Assembly (NCBI GenBank): GCA_040954595.2
Contig: JBECUI020000046.1
Coordinates: 1-64,000, forward strand
Direction of reading: 5' to 3'
DNA from: Balanoglossus misakiensis
Taxonomy: Eukaryota > Animalia > Hemichordata
DNA length: 64,000 nucleotides
This document shows, piece after piece, positions 17,766 through 28,177 of the stretch. The position numbers were made by a program, and so were the translations under genes. How positions within the stretch are numbered: position 1 is the stretch's first letter; every line of letters begins with the position of its first letter. The notes under the pieces were generated by a model. It was not told the origin of the DNA and ran no database searches. It saw only the letters and a program-made list of their open reading frames with translations.

Positions 17766-19784
17766 ATGGAAAACATTGAAAAACTCTTAGAGAACATTGA
17801 AAAATTCTATGACTGGGTGCCGTTTTTTGAAGAATTAAGTAAGAAACTACAGGAAATTGGTAACAACAAAGACAGAGAGAAAGTCTTACAAGAGAAGGCA
17901 GAAAAATGTTTTGGATCCGAAAGCCCCATTTACACACAACAGGCATTTGATCCCTTTTCTTTCCTGTATACGCTGGCTGGTAAAAATACAACTAATCAAC
18001 GAGAAGAATTCTTTCGCAAGGTAAAACAGGAATTTAAGCTAGAAGCAGATATGCCTACCGATTGGGTATTCCCCTTCCCCTACACAAATACGTTGTTTTA
18101 TTTTAATAGAGAAACGGATTACAAACCAGACCTTCTTTGGGATAAGTTTTTAAAGAGTTTAGATAAAGGATTAGACGCCCAAGATTATAAAGAATTACTT
18201 GCATTGAAGGGCGTAAAATGCGCAAAATTGACACAATCCCTCTTTCTTATTGCCCCCAAAAGATATCTACCCATGGACCATATTCCTAAATTTCTTTTAT
18301 CCGATGGGTTAACAAAGGACGGGGTTCCCGAAGCAAAAGATATTCCAAAAGCAATGGAGAAAGTAAAGAAAAAATTCCCTGGTTGTGAATACTACGAGAT
18401 AGAGCGCCTTGTGTACTTATTAGGTAATAGTAACCTCTCCGTCAATGACAAGTACTGGCAGATTAGTAGCAGGGCTTATGGGAAAAATGGTCGCGCTGGG
18501 AAAACAGATTTTATTGATGAATTTGTCGGTGAGAGTGCAGTGTGGACGGGGGGACCGGGGACTAAGACAATCTATACTTTAGATAAAGTTGGAACTGGTG
18601 ATATTATGCTGGTGAGAAGTGGAACAAAAGATAAGCTTTATGGGATTGGCATTGTATGTAGAAATGGTTATGCCAAAGGTTGGAAGGAAGAGGAACAAAT
18701 TACAGTAATATGGGTAAATAAAAAGGCAATATCTAAAGATGAAAGGGAAGATTCTAAACAAACAGCGATGATTGGATTTAGTGAAGCAAAAGGAAGAACC
18801 CGTGAAATTTTTGAAGAAGCCTACCCAGAAACATTTAATCTATTAAAACAACTTATTAAAGAAACAGCGGAGAAAGAAAACATGAAACACGATAAGAACA
18901 ACATCATATTGCAAGGTCCACCCGGCACAGGAAAAACCTACCTTGCCAAGCAACTGGCGTTATACTTAACAGAAGGCGGGGGAACAATGTCGGCATACCT
19001 GCAAATATCTTCCACAGGAACAAAAGACAAGAAATTTAATACAAAATATTTTAGTGAGCCTGCCGACATAAAAGACTCGGACAACATCAAACTCATTCAG
19101 TTTCACCCCGCGTATTCTTACGAGGACTTTGTCCGCGGCATTGTTGCCAAAACCGAGAATGGAAGTATAACCTACACAGTCGAGAATAAAATACTTGCGG
19201 AACTAGCCCAAAATGCGAGCAACAAGCGAACAGAAAAATTTGTCCTCATCATAGATGAGATAAACCGAGCCAATCTCCCTGCTGTGCTGGGGGAGCTCAT
19301 TTATGCACTAGAGTATCGTGACGAAGATGTAGAAAGCATGTATGAGTTGAAATGCAACAATAAATGCAACGAGGAATGCAACGAAGAATGCAAAAAAGCA
19401 TGCAAAAAAATCATGCTACCTCATAACCTCTATATTATTGGAACAATGAACACGGCAGATCGCTCCATAGGGCACATTGACTATGCCATCAGGAGACGTT
19501 TTAGTTTTATAGAGAAGCAACCCGATAAAACTGTAATTACAAACACAAAAGCAAAAAATCTATTCGACAAGGTAGATAAGCTTTTTGGCGAGCATCTATC
19601 TCCCGACTTCAGAAAAGAGGACGTGCAGATCGGTCATAGTTATTTTCTAGTAGAGCATGACGAAGAGTTATCTATCCGTTTCAAATATGAAATAAAACCG
19701 ATACTCGTCGAATACCTCAAAGATGGAGTGTTCACGGATAGTGCGAAAGGTGCGATAGAAGAGATAGAAAAAACAGTATCATGA
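17766..19784 (+). CDS. mcrB: McrB-family AAA+ GTPase of a type IV restriction system
   Basis: GPPGTGKT, IQFHPAYSYEDFV, IIDEINRAN, MNTADRS, AIRRRF, IGHSYF. Confidence 0.92.
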   Translation: MENIEKLLENIEKFYDWVPFFEELSKKLQEIGNNKDREKVLQEKAEKCFGSESPIYTQQAFDPFSFLYTLAGKNTTNQREEFFRKVKQEFKLEADMPTDWVFPFPYTNTLFYFNRETDYKPDLLWDKFLKSLDKGLDAQDYKELLALKGVKCAKLTQSLFLIAPKRYLPMDHIPKFLLSDGLTKDGVPEAKDIPKAMEKVKKKFPGCEYYEIERLVYLLGNSNLSVNDKYWQISSRAYGKNGRAGKTDFIDEFVGESAVWTGGPGTKTIYTLDKVGTGDIMLVRSGTKDKLYGIGIVCRNGYAKGWKEEEQITVIWVNKKAISKDEREDSKQTAMIGFSEAKGRTREIFEEAYPETFNLLKQLIKETAEKENMKHDKNNIILQGPPGTGKTYLAKQLALYLTEGGGTMSAYLQISSTGTKDKKFNTKYFSEPADIKDSDNIKLIQFHPAYSYEDFVRGIVAKTENGSITYTVENKILAELAQNASNKRTEKFVLIIDEINRANLPAVLGELIYALEYRDEDVESMYELKCNNKCNEECNEECKKACKKIMLPHNLYIIGTMNTADRSIGHIDYAIRRRFSFIEKQPDKTVITNTKAKNLFDKVDKLFGEHLSPDFRKEDVQIGHSYFLVEHDEELSIRFKYEIKPILVEYLKDGVFTDSAKGAIEEIEKTVS

Positions 19785-21106
19785 CAGAGTTTATTAGCGA
19801 CCAGCCAATAAAAGAACATGACTGCCTGGTCGTACCCGATGAGCATAAGAATAAAGTTCTTCAGCCGATTACGTTCCCCTTACATAACAAGAATAATACA
19901 GAGGATACAAACGAGGCAGAGAATCAGAACAAGGAATTTTGCGTAAACTGTGTCGGTAATACAATTAAAACAAGTTATTATATCGGCATCGATTGGGTAG
20001 ACGAAGACAACAAAATTGCCATTCAAGTAGTTCCGAAACTCAACGAGCAGGGTAGAGAGATCAACTACATACAGATGTTTCAAAGGAGTATCCCATTCTT
20101 ACTCCCTCCGTTTTCCATAGAGGATCTGTATCAGATAAAGTTTGATAAGCCTCCCATAACCATAGAGAAACAGCAGGATCGTCTCACGCCTTTGCTGATT
20201 GCCCATTTTTTAGGAATAGTCAAAACCATTGTGCATAAGGGCATAAAAAAATCGTATTACCGGATAACAAAAAACCTGAACAGTCGCATCAAGGGAAAAA
20301 TACTCGTATCTACAACTCTCAAGAAAAACATTTTGCAAGGCAAACAGGAAAAAACTCATTGCCGGTACGATGAGTTCGGCATAAACTGCATAGAGAATAG
20401 GGTACTGAAAAAGACCCTGCTCTTTGCCCAGCGTTATGTAGCCCAGTTTGACAAACAGAAGCAGCTTGCCCCAACCCTTTCCTTCTGCCTATCTGCCTTT
20501 GCATTAGTCGATGAGAACGTGGAACTCTGGCAGATTAAACAGTTCAAGCATAATTCCTTTTACCGGGAATACAACGAAGCCATACGATTAGCCAAACTCA
20601 TCTTGAAACGATTGAGCTATAACATAACTTCTGCGACACAAGAAGAAATACCCACACCACCGTTTTGGATTAATATGGCAAAAATATTTGAAGTATACGT
20701 GTTGGGTTTGTTGCTTCAGAAGTATGGGAGCAAAATTACATACCAAGCTCATGGGAGCTACGGCAATCCTGATTTTCTTCATATAGGCAAACAGTTAATT
20801 ATAGATGCAAAATATAAACCCAAATATCAAGATAGTAATCAAAACAAAAGCTATGACATTGCTGATATACGACAATTAAGCGGCTATGCCCGTGATAGAG
20901 GACTGTTAAAGAAATTCGGCATTCCCTGTGATGATATCGAAAACACTGTCCTATCCTGTCTTCTTATCTATCCCGATCAAAAAACAAAGGCAGAGATTTC
21001 CGTAGACCTATCGGAAGAAGATGAAGTTCGTGGGTTTATCAAGTTTTATAAAAAGCGAGTAGCTCTGCCCGAAGTGGGGAAGGAGAGCACGGCCTATAAA
21101 CAGTAG
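19781..21106 (+). CDS. mcrC: McrC-family PD-(D/E)XK nuclease subunit
   Basis: ATGA overlap with mcrB; FWINMAKIFEVYV, PDF..IIDAKYK, DIRQLSGY. Confidence 0.88.
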   Translation: MTEFISDQPIKEHDCLVVPDEHKNKVLQPITFPLHNKNNTEDTNEAENQNKEFCVNCVGNTIKTSYYIGIDWVDEDNKIAIQVVPKLNEQGREINYIQMFQRSIPFLLPPFSIEDLYQIKFDKPPITIEKQQDRLTPLLIAHFLGIVKTIVHKGIKKSYYRITKNLNSRIKGKILVSTTLKKNILQGKQEKTHCRYDEFGINCIENRVLKKTLLFAQRYVAQFDKQKQLAPTLSFCLSAFALVDENVELWQIKQFKHNSFYREYNEAIRLAKLILKRLSYNITSATQEEIPTPPFWINMAKIFEVYVLGLLLQKYGSKITYQAHGSYGNPDFLHIGKQLIIDAKYKPKYQDSNQNKSYDIADIRQLSGYARDRGLLKKFGIPCDDIENTVLSCLLIYPDQKTKAEISVDLSEEDEVRGFIKFYKKRVALPEVGKESTAYKQ

Positions 21107-21223
21107 TCCGACTCCCATTAATATTCCTAAAAAAATTACGAAGTATAAATTCTCTATAAAAATAAAAATTACACCCTGCACTCACGCCATTATGAAATAT
21201 TTTTTGCATTTTTTATTTATGTA

Positions 21224-21264
21224 TTGACAAAAAATTTTTAAACGTATACTATTCAAGCGTTGAA
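21224..21264 (+). promoter_or_regulatory. Promoter with candidate operator
   Basis: TTGACA-17 bp-TACTAT; inverted repeat ttcaa-gcg-ttgaa at 21252-21264 over the expected start site. Confidence 0.6.
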
Positions 21265-21292
21265 AAATTTTATTTAACTAGGAGGTATAAAG

Positions 21293-22507
21293 ATGAAAAA
21301 AGCTATATTTTTCTTTTTGATTGTACTCAGTATGTCTATATTTGCTGCGGGTACGCAGGAGTCTTCAGTTGTTACATTGAAGATTATCATTCCTTGGGTA
21401 AATGAGGAGCTGGAAGGATTTTTACCGGTTTTGAGGCAGTTTGAAGCTGAAAATCCCAACATCAAGGTAGAATATCAGACAGCAAAACCGGAAGATATTT
21501 CAACAATATTATCGGTTCAGTTTGATAGTCAGCAGACCCCTGCCGATGTCATTGATACAGCATGGGCATGGTATATTAGAGAACAGGGAGACCGAGGACA
21601 TGTCTTACCGCTCACTGATGTGTTTAATGAAAGCGATTTCGTTAAGGGTTCATTTGATGAGGTAAGAGTCGGACAAGATATTTACGGTGTTCCCAGTGTA
21701 GGTGGTATTACGGTGCCTGAGTATCGCAAGAGCTACTTTGCCGAGAAGGGAATTACCAATCTTAGTTCATACGCTTCTGTACAAAGTTTATTTGATGATA
21801 TCCGCGCGAAAACAGGTAATCAAGTGGTTATCGGAAGTGGCGGAGGAGTCGGATGGACCTTCACGAGCATAATAGAAACATGGATCGTAACCTTTGGTGG
21901 ACGAGATATGCATACTGCCTTGCGTACCGGAACCTTGGCGTGGACTGATCCCTCAGTGCGTCGTATCTTTGCCGAGAATCTATTGCCCCTCATTGCAAAC
22001 GGTTATTTTGGAGAACCTGATGAATATGAGGCACAGTTGAAAGCAATGTGGAGCGGAAAGACCGCAGTATTTATTGGAGACAGCACCGATTCTCAGATTG
22101 TAGAACCGGCAACGGATAGAGGAGTATTATTGTTTCCCAAGCAGGATACGGTAATGCTGTGGAACGACTACTGGTTTGTTCCCAAGTATACCAAGTATCC
22201 CGAAGAAGCCAAGAAGCTCGCCCATTTCCTAGCAACAAAAGGACAGGAGATACAAGTATCTAATGGTGGACGGATCGGAACTTATATCAAGATAGATCCG
22301 GCAATGTATCCGGATAGTGAAAAGGATATCTTTGAATTATTAAATAGGATCAATGTTGTTCCTGATTTGGACGATTCCATAGGTGGAAAATTTCAAGTTA
22401 TGATATGGGACCAGCTTGCGTTGCTATGGGCACAGCCAAATGCACGAACACTGGATAGTGTATTGGAACAGCTTGAGCGCGCATCGAAGGAAACGTTGAA
22501 TAACTAG
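21293..22507 (+). CDS. Carbohydrate ABC transporter substrate-binding protein (CUT1)
   Basis: Signal-like N-terminus, FEAENPNIKVEY motif, operon context. Confidence 0.88.
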   Translation: MKKAIFFFLIVLSMSIFAAGTQESSVVTLKIIIPWVNEELEGFLPVLRQFEAENPNIKVEYQTAKPEDISTILSVQFDSQQTPADVIDTAWAWYIREQGDRGHVLPLTDVFNESDFVKGSFDEVRVGQDIYGVPSVGGITVPEYRKSYFAEKGITNLSSYASVQSLFDDIRAKTGNQVVIGSGGGVGWTFTSIIETWIVTFGGRDMHTALRTGTLAWTDPSVRRIFAENLLPLIANGYFGEPDEYEAQLKAMWSGKTAVFIGDSTDSQIVEPATDRGVLLFPKQDTVMLWNDYWFVPKYTKYPEEAKKLAHFLATKGQEIQVSNGGRIGTYIKIDPAMYPDSEKDIFELLNRINVVPDLDDSIGGKFQVMIWDQLALLWAQPNARTLDSVLEQLERASKETLNN

Positions 22508-22525
22508 TAGTAGGTTTTAATTCAT

Positions 22526-23428
22526 TTGTTACGACATATACGAAAAGTTAAACCTATAGAATACGCCTTTGTTCTTCCGGCATTATTGCTTGTATTATTT
22601 TTTGTGCTAATACCAATATTGCAAAGTGTGGTCATTAGTTTTTATGATGGAGATGGATTTTTTGTAGGAATCAAAAACTATACAGATTTGTTTTCCGATA
22701 AGAACTTTTTCAATATTTCCGGTTTTTTTTCGGAGGATGCAGTCGGGGCTTTAGGCAATAACATTATTTGGGTGGCCTTACATATGCCATTCTCTATTTT
22801 GTTAGGGCTGATATTTGCCTTACTGTTTAGCAATAAGCAGGTGTATGGCAAAGGCGTTTTGCGTACGGTAATATTCATTGGAGTTACCGTGCCAATGGTT
22901 ATAGGAGGGGTACTTGCGCGATTTTTGTTTTCGCAGGGAAGTGGCATCGTACCCAATATATTTCGCTCATTTGGTGTTGATTCGCTGTATGTCAACTGGT
23001 TGGCGAAACCACATCTAGCATTATATGCCCTTATTACAATTTCGATATGGCTATGGGCAGGCTATTGCATGGTCATGTACATGTCTGCCCTTACTACCGT
23101 CGATAAGAACACTATCGAAGCCGCAGAGATAGATGGTGCTGGTTCGTTTAGACTACTGCTGTCCATCATTCTTCCCCATCTCAAACCTGTTACCTATGTC
23201 ATTGTTGCAATGTCGTTAATATTAGAGCTCAAGATATTTGATATTGTCTATGCATCAACAGGTGGCGGTCCAGGAGGTGCAACCAATGTATTAAGTTTAG
23301 AGATGTATAGAACTGCGTTCAAGTACTTTGAAGAAGGCAAGGGAACTGCGATAGCAGTTATTATGATGTTGCTCTGCATTTTTCCTATTGTCTTTCTCGT
23401 GAGAAAACATACGAATGACAAGACATAA
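22526..23428 (+). CDS. Carbohydrate ABC transporter permease
   Basis: Multiple TM segments; EAAEIDGA motif. Confidence 0.92.
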   Translation: MLRHIRKVKPIEYAFVLPALLLVLFFVLIPILQSVVISFYDGDGFFVGIKNYTDLFSDKNFFNISGFFSEDAVGALGNNIIWVALHMPFSILLGLIFALLFSNKQVYGKGVLRTVIFIGVTVPMVIGGVLARFLFSQGSGIVPNIFRSFGVDSLYVNWLAKPHLALYALITISIWLWAGYCMVMYMSALTTVDKNTIEAAEIDGAGSFRLLLSIILPHLKPVTYVIVAMSLILELKIFDIVYASTGGGPGGATNVLSLEMYRTAFKYFEEGKGTAIAVIMMLLCIFPIVFLVRKHTNDKT

Positions 23429-24272
23429 TGTTCTCCATAGGAGTAAAACTCTAAACATCGTCATACGAAACCTATTCATGTGGGCAATCGGATTCATATG
23501 GATCATACCGATAATCGGCATATTTATAGCCTCAATACGTCCATCGGAGGAGCTTGTTGAGGGCTGGTGGCGACTTTCACCATTCACCGCCGATCTGCGC
23601 AACTATGTGAATGTTCTCTATACTTCAACCATACCGCTTATTAGACCAATTATCAATTCATTAATACTTTCATTACTGGGAACCTTTGCAGCAATGATTA
23701 TAGGGAGCATTGCAGGGTACGGACTTGCCCGATATGACATCCCTTTGAAAACACAGATAGTAGTTGTTCTTATTAGTAGCATGGCAGTGCCATTTCAAAT
23801 GATCGCCATTCCCGTTTTCAAGATTATGAATTCCGTATCGCTTCTCAATTCTCTTTTCAGCGTCATGATTATGCATATAGCGACTGCATTGCCATGGATT
23901 ACTTTTTTTATTATGAATTTTATGAAGACACAAAGCATAGGATTGGAAGAAGCAGCACGGATAGACGGTTGTTCACAAGGTGGGGTCTTCTTTAGAATTG
24001 TATTGCCGAATTTGTATCCCGCCCTCCTTGCAGTATTTGCCTTGCAGTTTGTATGGAGTTGGATAGATTTTTTCTTTCCACTTATTTTCCTCTATACTCC
24101 GGATAATTATACGGCAGTACAGGTCATTCCCCTTCTTCGAGGTCATTTTGTAGCGAATTGGGGTGATCTGTCGGCAGCATCCATAATCGTCATCTTTTTC
24201 CCATTCTTTGTCTTTTTCCTCCTCCAAAAATACTATATTATGGCAGCAGCTGGATGGCAGGGAGATAAGTAG
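23415..24272 (+). CDS. Carbohydrate ABC transporter permease
   Basis: TM segments; EEAARIDGC motif. Confidence 0.92.
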   Translation: MTRHNVLHRSKTLNIVIRNLFMWAIGFIWIIPIIGIFIASIRPSEELVEGWWRLSPFTADLRNYVNVLYTSTIPLIRPIINSLILSLLGTFAAMIIGSIAGYGLARYDIPLKTQIVVVLISSMAVPFQMIAIPVFKIMNSVSLLNSLFSVMIMHIATALPWITFFIMNFMKTQSIGLEEAARIDGCSQGGVFFRIVLPNLYPALLAVFALQFVWSWIDFFFPLIFLYTPDNYTAVQVIPLLRGHFVANWGDLSAASIIVIFFPFFVFFLLQKYYIMAAAGWQGDK

Positions 24273-24276
24273 GAAT

Positions 24277-25340
24277 ATGAAAAGATATAACGTCGGATTA
24301 CTTGGATTAGGAGAGGTCTCTCAACTCATGCATCTTCCCCTGTTGCAACGCAGTTCGGATAAATATGCGGTGCAAGGCGTATTCGACATATCGAAGGACG
24401 CAATGAGCTATGTTTCGCATAAGTATCATGTCCCTGCCTCTTTCTCCAGTGCCGAAGAACTCATCTCTTCACCTGATATTGATGTTATCTTTGTGCTTTC
24501 CCCCGACCATTATCATTTTTCTCATGGCAGTTATGCACTATCACAAAACAAGCATGTATTTATTGAAAAACCTGTTTGTTTAACAATCGCCCATGTCCAA
24601 GAGCTTATTCAACTCCATCAAGCGAATCCGACGTTATGTGCCATGGTCGGTTATATGAGACGGTTTGCTCGACCATTCATTCTGCTCAAGGAAAAGATAC
24701 AAAAAGAACAGATCGAATATGTTCGTATACGGGATATTATTTGTGAAGGTCCTTTTTTTATCCAACAGAGCAATCAAGTATTTTATCCCACTGATATACC
24801 CGCAGATCTTATAGAAAAAAGCAAAATGATGCTTGCAGAACAATTAACGCAGGCATGTAACAGTTCGGATAAAACTATTCAACGAATGTATCAAGTATTG
24901 ACCGGGCTGTGTTCACATAGTTTATCGCAATGCGGGAGCTATTTGGAATGCCGCAAGCAGTTCGCAGTGCACAGGTACATAAAAAAGGGGAGATGATAAT
25001 TCTTGTTTTTGACTATGGGCATTTTTATGCGACATATGAATGCCTTATCCATAATGTGGTGCACTTTGATGCTTCGATAGAAGTACTAACCGATACGAAT
25101 AAGTATCTACTCTCGTATGATACACCGTATATACGTAATCTTCCCTTAGGACTGGAGGTAACGTGCTCAAATGCGACGGAGACTACAACAACGATGCTTG
25201 GACCGTATTATACGGATCCGTTTATGACAGAACTTGAAGTATTATATGATTCTATAGATCAACAGAAGACGTCCAAGACAACACTGGAGGACTCGTATCA
25301 CGATTTTTTGCTGTTCCAAAAAATACTCGCACGAGTATAG
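24277..25340 (+). pseudogene. Gfo/Idh/MocA oxidoreductase split by a 1-bp frameshift near 24927
   Basis: GLLGLG Rossmann motif and KHVFIEKP; adding one base gives SHSLSAMRELFG and a ~354-aa protein. Confidence 0.8.
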
Positions 25341-25368
25341 GTATGATTATGAAAGATAGGCAGAGACC

Positions 25369-26247
25369 ATGAAATCCTCGATGCAGTATACACTGGCAGT
25401 AGCACCATGTGCCTGGGGTGTCTGGTATGCTTCGCATACGCAACAACCGGAACCACAACAATACATCAATGACATTAGGTCTTTAGGCATGCAGTGCACG
25501 GAACTCGGTCCTTTGGGCTATTTAGGCAGCAGTACCCAAGAGGTACAAAGTCGGCTGACAACCGGCAACTTGCAGATATGTGGGGGGACATTTGCCTATC
25601 CCTTTGATACCTTTGATACTAATGTTGATCATTTTTATAACGAAGCATTAGAGTATGCGAAGATTTTAAAGGAATGCGGTGCGAAATATTTTATTTGTAT
25701 GGACGACTCGGGTCATTACAAGAGTCCTCAGCAACTTGCAGAAACCAAGAAAACCAAGCAAGAACTCATCCGGCGAACACTCACGCAAATGCTATCGGTC
25801 ATTAGTCATTTAGAACTGACAACACTTTTTCATCCACATGTCGGTACGTATGTCGAGACCGAACAAGAAATCGACATGTTTTTAGATGATACGCACGGCG
25901 AGATTCCTCTTTGCTTTGATATTGGTCATCATGCCTATCATGGTGGTGATGTCTTAGGTTTTTTCACAACTTATTTTGACCACATTCAGTATATCCATGT
26001 AAAAAACATAGATATTGTACGGAAGAATATGCTGGTAAAAAAAGGATATTCGGTAGAGGAGATATTTCAATCATCAGTAATGGTCGGTTTGGAACAGGGA
26101 GATATTGATGTACGGGCTTTCCAGGATGTTTTATTGGAAAAGGGGTATACTGGGTTTGTTGTTTTAGAAGAAGATAGGTTTGGGCAGCCTCGGGAATCCA
26201 TGTTGCCGGCTGCACGAAAAAATCTTTCATATTGGGAGGAGCGGTAA
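25369..26247 (+). CDS. Sugar-phosphate isomerase/epimerase TIM barrel (IolE-like)
   Basis: APCAWG, TELGPLGY, FHPHVGT, CFDIGH, YIHVK, VLEED. Confidence 0.85.
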   Translation: MKSSMQYTLAVAPCAWGVWYASHTQQPEPQQYINDIRSLGMQCTELGPLGYLGSSTQEVQSRLTTGNLQICGGTFAYPFDTFDTNVDHFYNEALEYAKILKECGAKYFICMDDSGHYKSPQQLAETKKTKQELIRRTLTQMLSVISHLELTTLFHPHVGTYVETEQEIDMFLDDTHGEIPLCFDIGHHAYHGGDVLGFFTTYFDHIQYIHVKNIDIVRKNMLVKKGYSVEEIFQSSVMVGLEQGDIDVRAFQDVLLEKGYTGFVVLEEDRFGQPRESMLPAARKNLSYWEER

Positions 26248-27302
26248 TGTTATCAGATATACAGTCGATCATTGATATATTTGATTACAATATTCTCCAG
26301 GTCATTTTGTTTATTATGGAGAAAAAGCACACAACCAGAAAAGAACTTATTGAAGAACTAAAACTCAGTGCAGGGACCATTTCTGCGATATGTAATCGCT
26401 TGGTGAAGTTTGGAATAGCTCGCGAATTCAAGCAGGAATCTCAAACAAGAGGTGCCAAAGTAAAAGTTCTCTGCATGAGTAAGGACGTATACTACATAGG
26501 CATATTGGACTTGCACAAAGAAAAAACAGGAACCTTTTATGTTGTTCATCTGGATACTAGCATTCATTCAGAGTACAATTATCCCATTCCGGTTACCCTT
26601 GATGAGTTTATAAAGAATATTCAATCATTGTTTTTTAGCATTCCCATCGATGTCAGAAAGAAAATAATTGGCATCGGGGTTCCCATAGCGGGAACCATGC
26701 ACCAAAAAAGCAGGAATGTCGTTTCTGCATCGGTGCCTATCTTTGAAGAGGTCCCCTTACAGGAAAAACTACAAAACGTATTACAGGTCCCCATACTCGT
26801 AGAAAACGAGTCGGTTATTTGTGTGGCCTCCAGCTTTATAAAGAGACAGACCGCATTGGAACGAAGCATCTATATTTTCGGGAAAGACGGACTCGGAATA
26901 GGAATAATTGTTAATCAAAAAATTATGTCGGGTGATAACGGATTAGGGTCGGATATCTGCAATATTATTTCACCCTATACGAAAGAGAAGCAGACTGTAG
27001 AACAGGTACTTACGGAGTGCTCCAAGGAATCGATACGTATAAAAGGAAAAACCTTGGGCTATGTCATTGCCACATTAGTCAATATTTTCGACATTAATGT
27101 CTTTTATATAGGTGGGTATCTTGCATCTCAACTACTCAGTTTTGAACAGTATGTAGAAGAGGTATTACAAGAACTGGTACTACATAAGGAACTTCGTAAA
27201 ATCACTTTGATACCTGATGTAGACTATACGGCAACTCTCATAAGGGGTGCTATGACAATGATACTCACTCATCTTGGACAGGCCTTGAAAGGGAAAAAGT
27301 GA
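26247..27302 (+). CDS. ROK-family transcriptional regulator (HTH + ROK)
   Basis: N-terminal TRKELIEELKLSAGTISAICNRL HTH; VENE; GLGIGII; TAATG-coupled start. Confidence 0.85.
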   Translation: MLSDIQSIIDIFDYNILQVILFIMEKKHTTRKELIEELKLSAGTISAICNRLVKFGIAREFKQESQTRGAKVKVLCMSKDVYYIGILDLHKEKTGTFYVVHLDTSIHSEYNYPIPVTLDEFIKNIQSLFFSIPIDVRKKIIGIGVPIAGTMHQKSRNVVSASVPIFEEVPLQEKLQNVLQVPILVENESVICVASSFIKRQTALERSIYIFGKDGLGIGIIVNQKIMSGDNGLGSDICNIISPYTKEKQTVEQVLTECSKESIRIKGKTLGYVIATLVNIFDINVFYIGGYLASQLLSFEQYVEEVLQELVLHKELRKITLIPDVDYTATLIRGAMTMILTHLGQALKGKK

Positions 27303-28177
27303 TGCCAGCCCTTTCTCAAGGCAATATTGTCGCCATAGACCTAGGTGGTAGTTCAATACATTGTGCCATTATTGATATACATGGTAATATTAAAAAATCA
27401 CAAACACATAATATATCGCACCTGAAACAGAAGGAAGAGCATATCCGGGACATTATTCAGCAGAGCGTAGACACCTTGCTCGGATTACAGAATGGCAAGA
27501 TAGTAGCGGTTGCTTTCTCCCTCCCGTGGATTATTTCTTCCAATAAGAGTTCTCCTGTTTATGCAACTAATTTTTCGGCAACTTTTTCTTTGGAGAAAAT
27601 ATTTGACAAGATACGAAACACATATAAATTGCCTGTATTTCAATTAAATGATGTCAATGCGGCGACATTAGGAGAACAATGGAAGGGAAGTTTATCGTCA
27701 GTTACAAACGGATTGTATATTAACATTGGAACTGGACTAAGCATGGGAATAATACTGCAAGGATCCCTTTACCAAGGTTCTTCTTCAATGGCAGGTGAGA
27801 TTGCATTTTGTTTTAGTTCGCTAGAAGAAATGAAACATGCTAAGGAACATAAAGAGCATTTAGAGTGTAGGGCTGGGGGAAAATATCTCTTGGAGAATCA
27901 AGGCAATGTGTCGTATTTGAAAATACTAAACGAAGCAGCAGAGACGATGGCTATGCATATCATTAATATGTGTTATCTCTTTGACCCGGAAAAAATTGTG
28001 TTTGGAGGTGGCGCGATTGAAAATAATCCTTCCTATTTTATTGATATAAAAAAAGTAGTAGAAGAAAAAATTCCGGCAGCATTTTGTCCTATTCTACAAA
28101 AAAGCACCCTCTATACTAAGATTGAATTGCTGGGAGCAGCAAAATATGCGATAGACGGTGTGGGAGGGGACCTATGA
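27302..28177 (+). CDS. ROK-family sugar kinase
   Basis: AIDLGGS, NDVNAATLGE, IGTGLSMG, AGEIA. Confidence 0.88.
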   Translation: MPALSQGNIVAIDLGGSSIHCAIIDIHGNIKKSQTHNISHLKQKEEHIRDIIQQSVDTLLGLQNGKIVAVAFSLPWIISSNKSSPVYATNFSATFSLEKIFDKIRNTYKLPVFQLNDVNAATLGEQWKGSLSSVTNGLYINIGTGLSMGIILQGSLYQGSSSMAGEIAFCFSSLEEMKHAKEHKEHLECRAGGKYLLENQGNVSYLKILNEAAETMAMHIINMCYLFDPEKIVFGGGAIENNPSYFIDIKKVVEEKIPAAFCPILQKSTLYTKIELLGAAKYAIDGVGGDL

